A DNA stretch of 64,000 bases from Lama glama. Taxonomy: Eukaryota. The stretch covers positions 36,334,001 through 36,398,000 of the forward strand of contig CM052817.1 of assembly GCA_028534125.1 (NCBI GenBank), in the 5' to 3' direction. The notes beneath the pieces are model-generated. The model was not told the DNA's origin. It saw only the letters and a program-made list of their open reading frames with translations, and searched no databases. Below, one piece after another: positions 63,909-64,000 of this stretch (position 1 is the first letter of the stretch; the number at the start of each line of letters is the position of its first letter). Position numbers and translations under genes: made by a program.

Positions 63909-64000
63909 GATAGAAAAAAGCTATCTGAACATATTATAATGAAATTCAAGAAATACTTATTTTTAAAAATCCACAGGATGGGCCTATGAAAGACAGTAAC

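Noticed and set aside
1..64000. CRISPR arrays, operons or prokaryotic defence systems
   Set aside because: The sequence is mammalian (spliceosomal introns, LINEs and SINEs); no regularly spaced repeat-spacer array seen

Overview
Mammalian genomic DNA, very probably camelid, judged from two tRNA-Ala-derived Vic-1-type SINEs. Most entries in the supplied ORF track are therefore spurious. Two loci are recognisable. (1) The bicistronic PYURF/PIGY gene on + runs from a CpG-island promoter. PYURF/PREY is 114 aa (26432-26634 + 27358-27499), and PIGY is 71 aa (27597-27812) in the same last exon. (2) HERC5, the interferon-induced HECT E3 ISG15 ligase, lies on -. Twenty coding exons were reconstructed by hand (63360 down to stop 31509; 2609 nt, about 869 aa). 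All are GT-AG, in phase and free of stops, with the catalytic Cys intact. The first ~3 exons lie beyond the window end. The two genes converge, with 3' ends about 3 kb apart. The first 26 kb is gene-free and rich in repeats: L1, L2, MIR, MaLR/ERVL/ERV1 LTRs, hAT and Tigger elements, plus a 500-N gap inside an L1. The most unusual system is the eukaryotic bicistronic mRNA, which is already known. Details of its translation architecture and several candidate regulatory and evolutionary signals are given as hypotheses. Repeat boundaries and family names are by eye and approximate. HERC5 exon numbers assume the human 23-exon structure.
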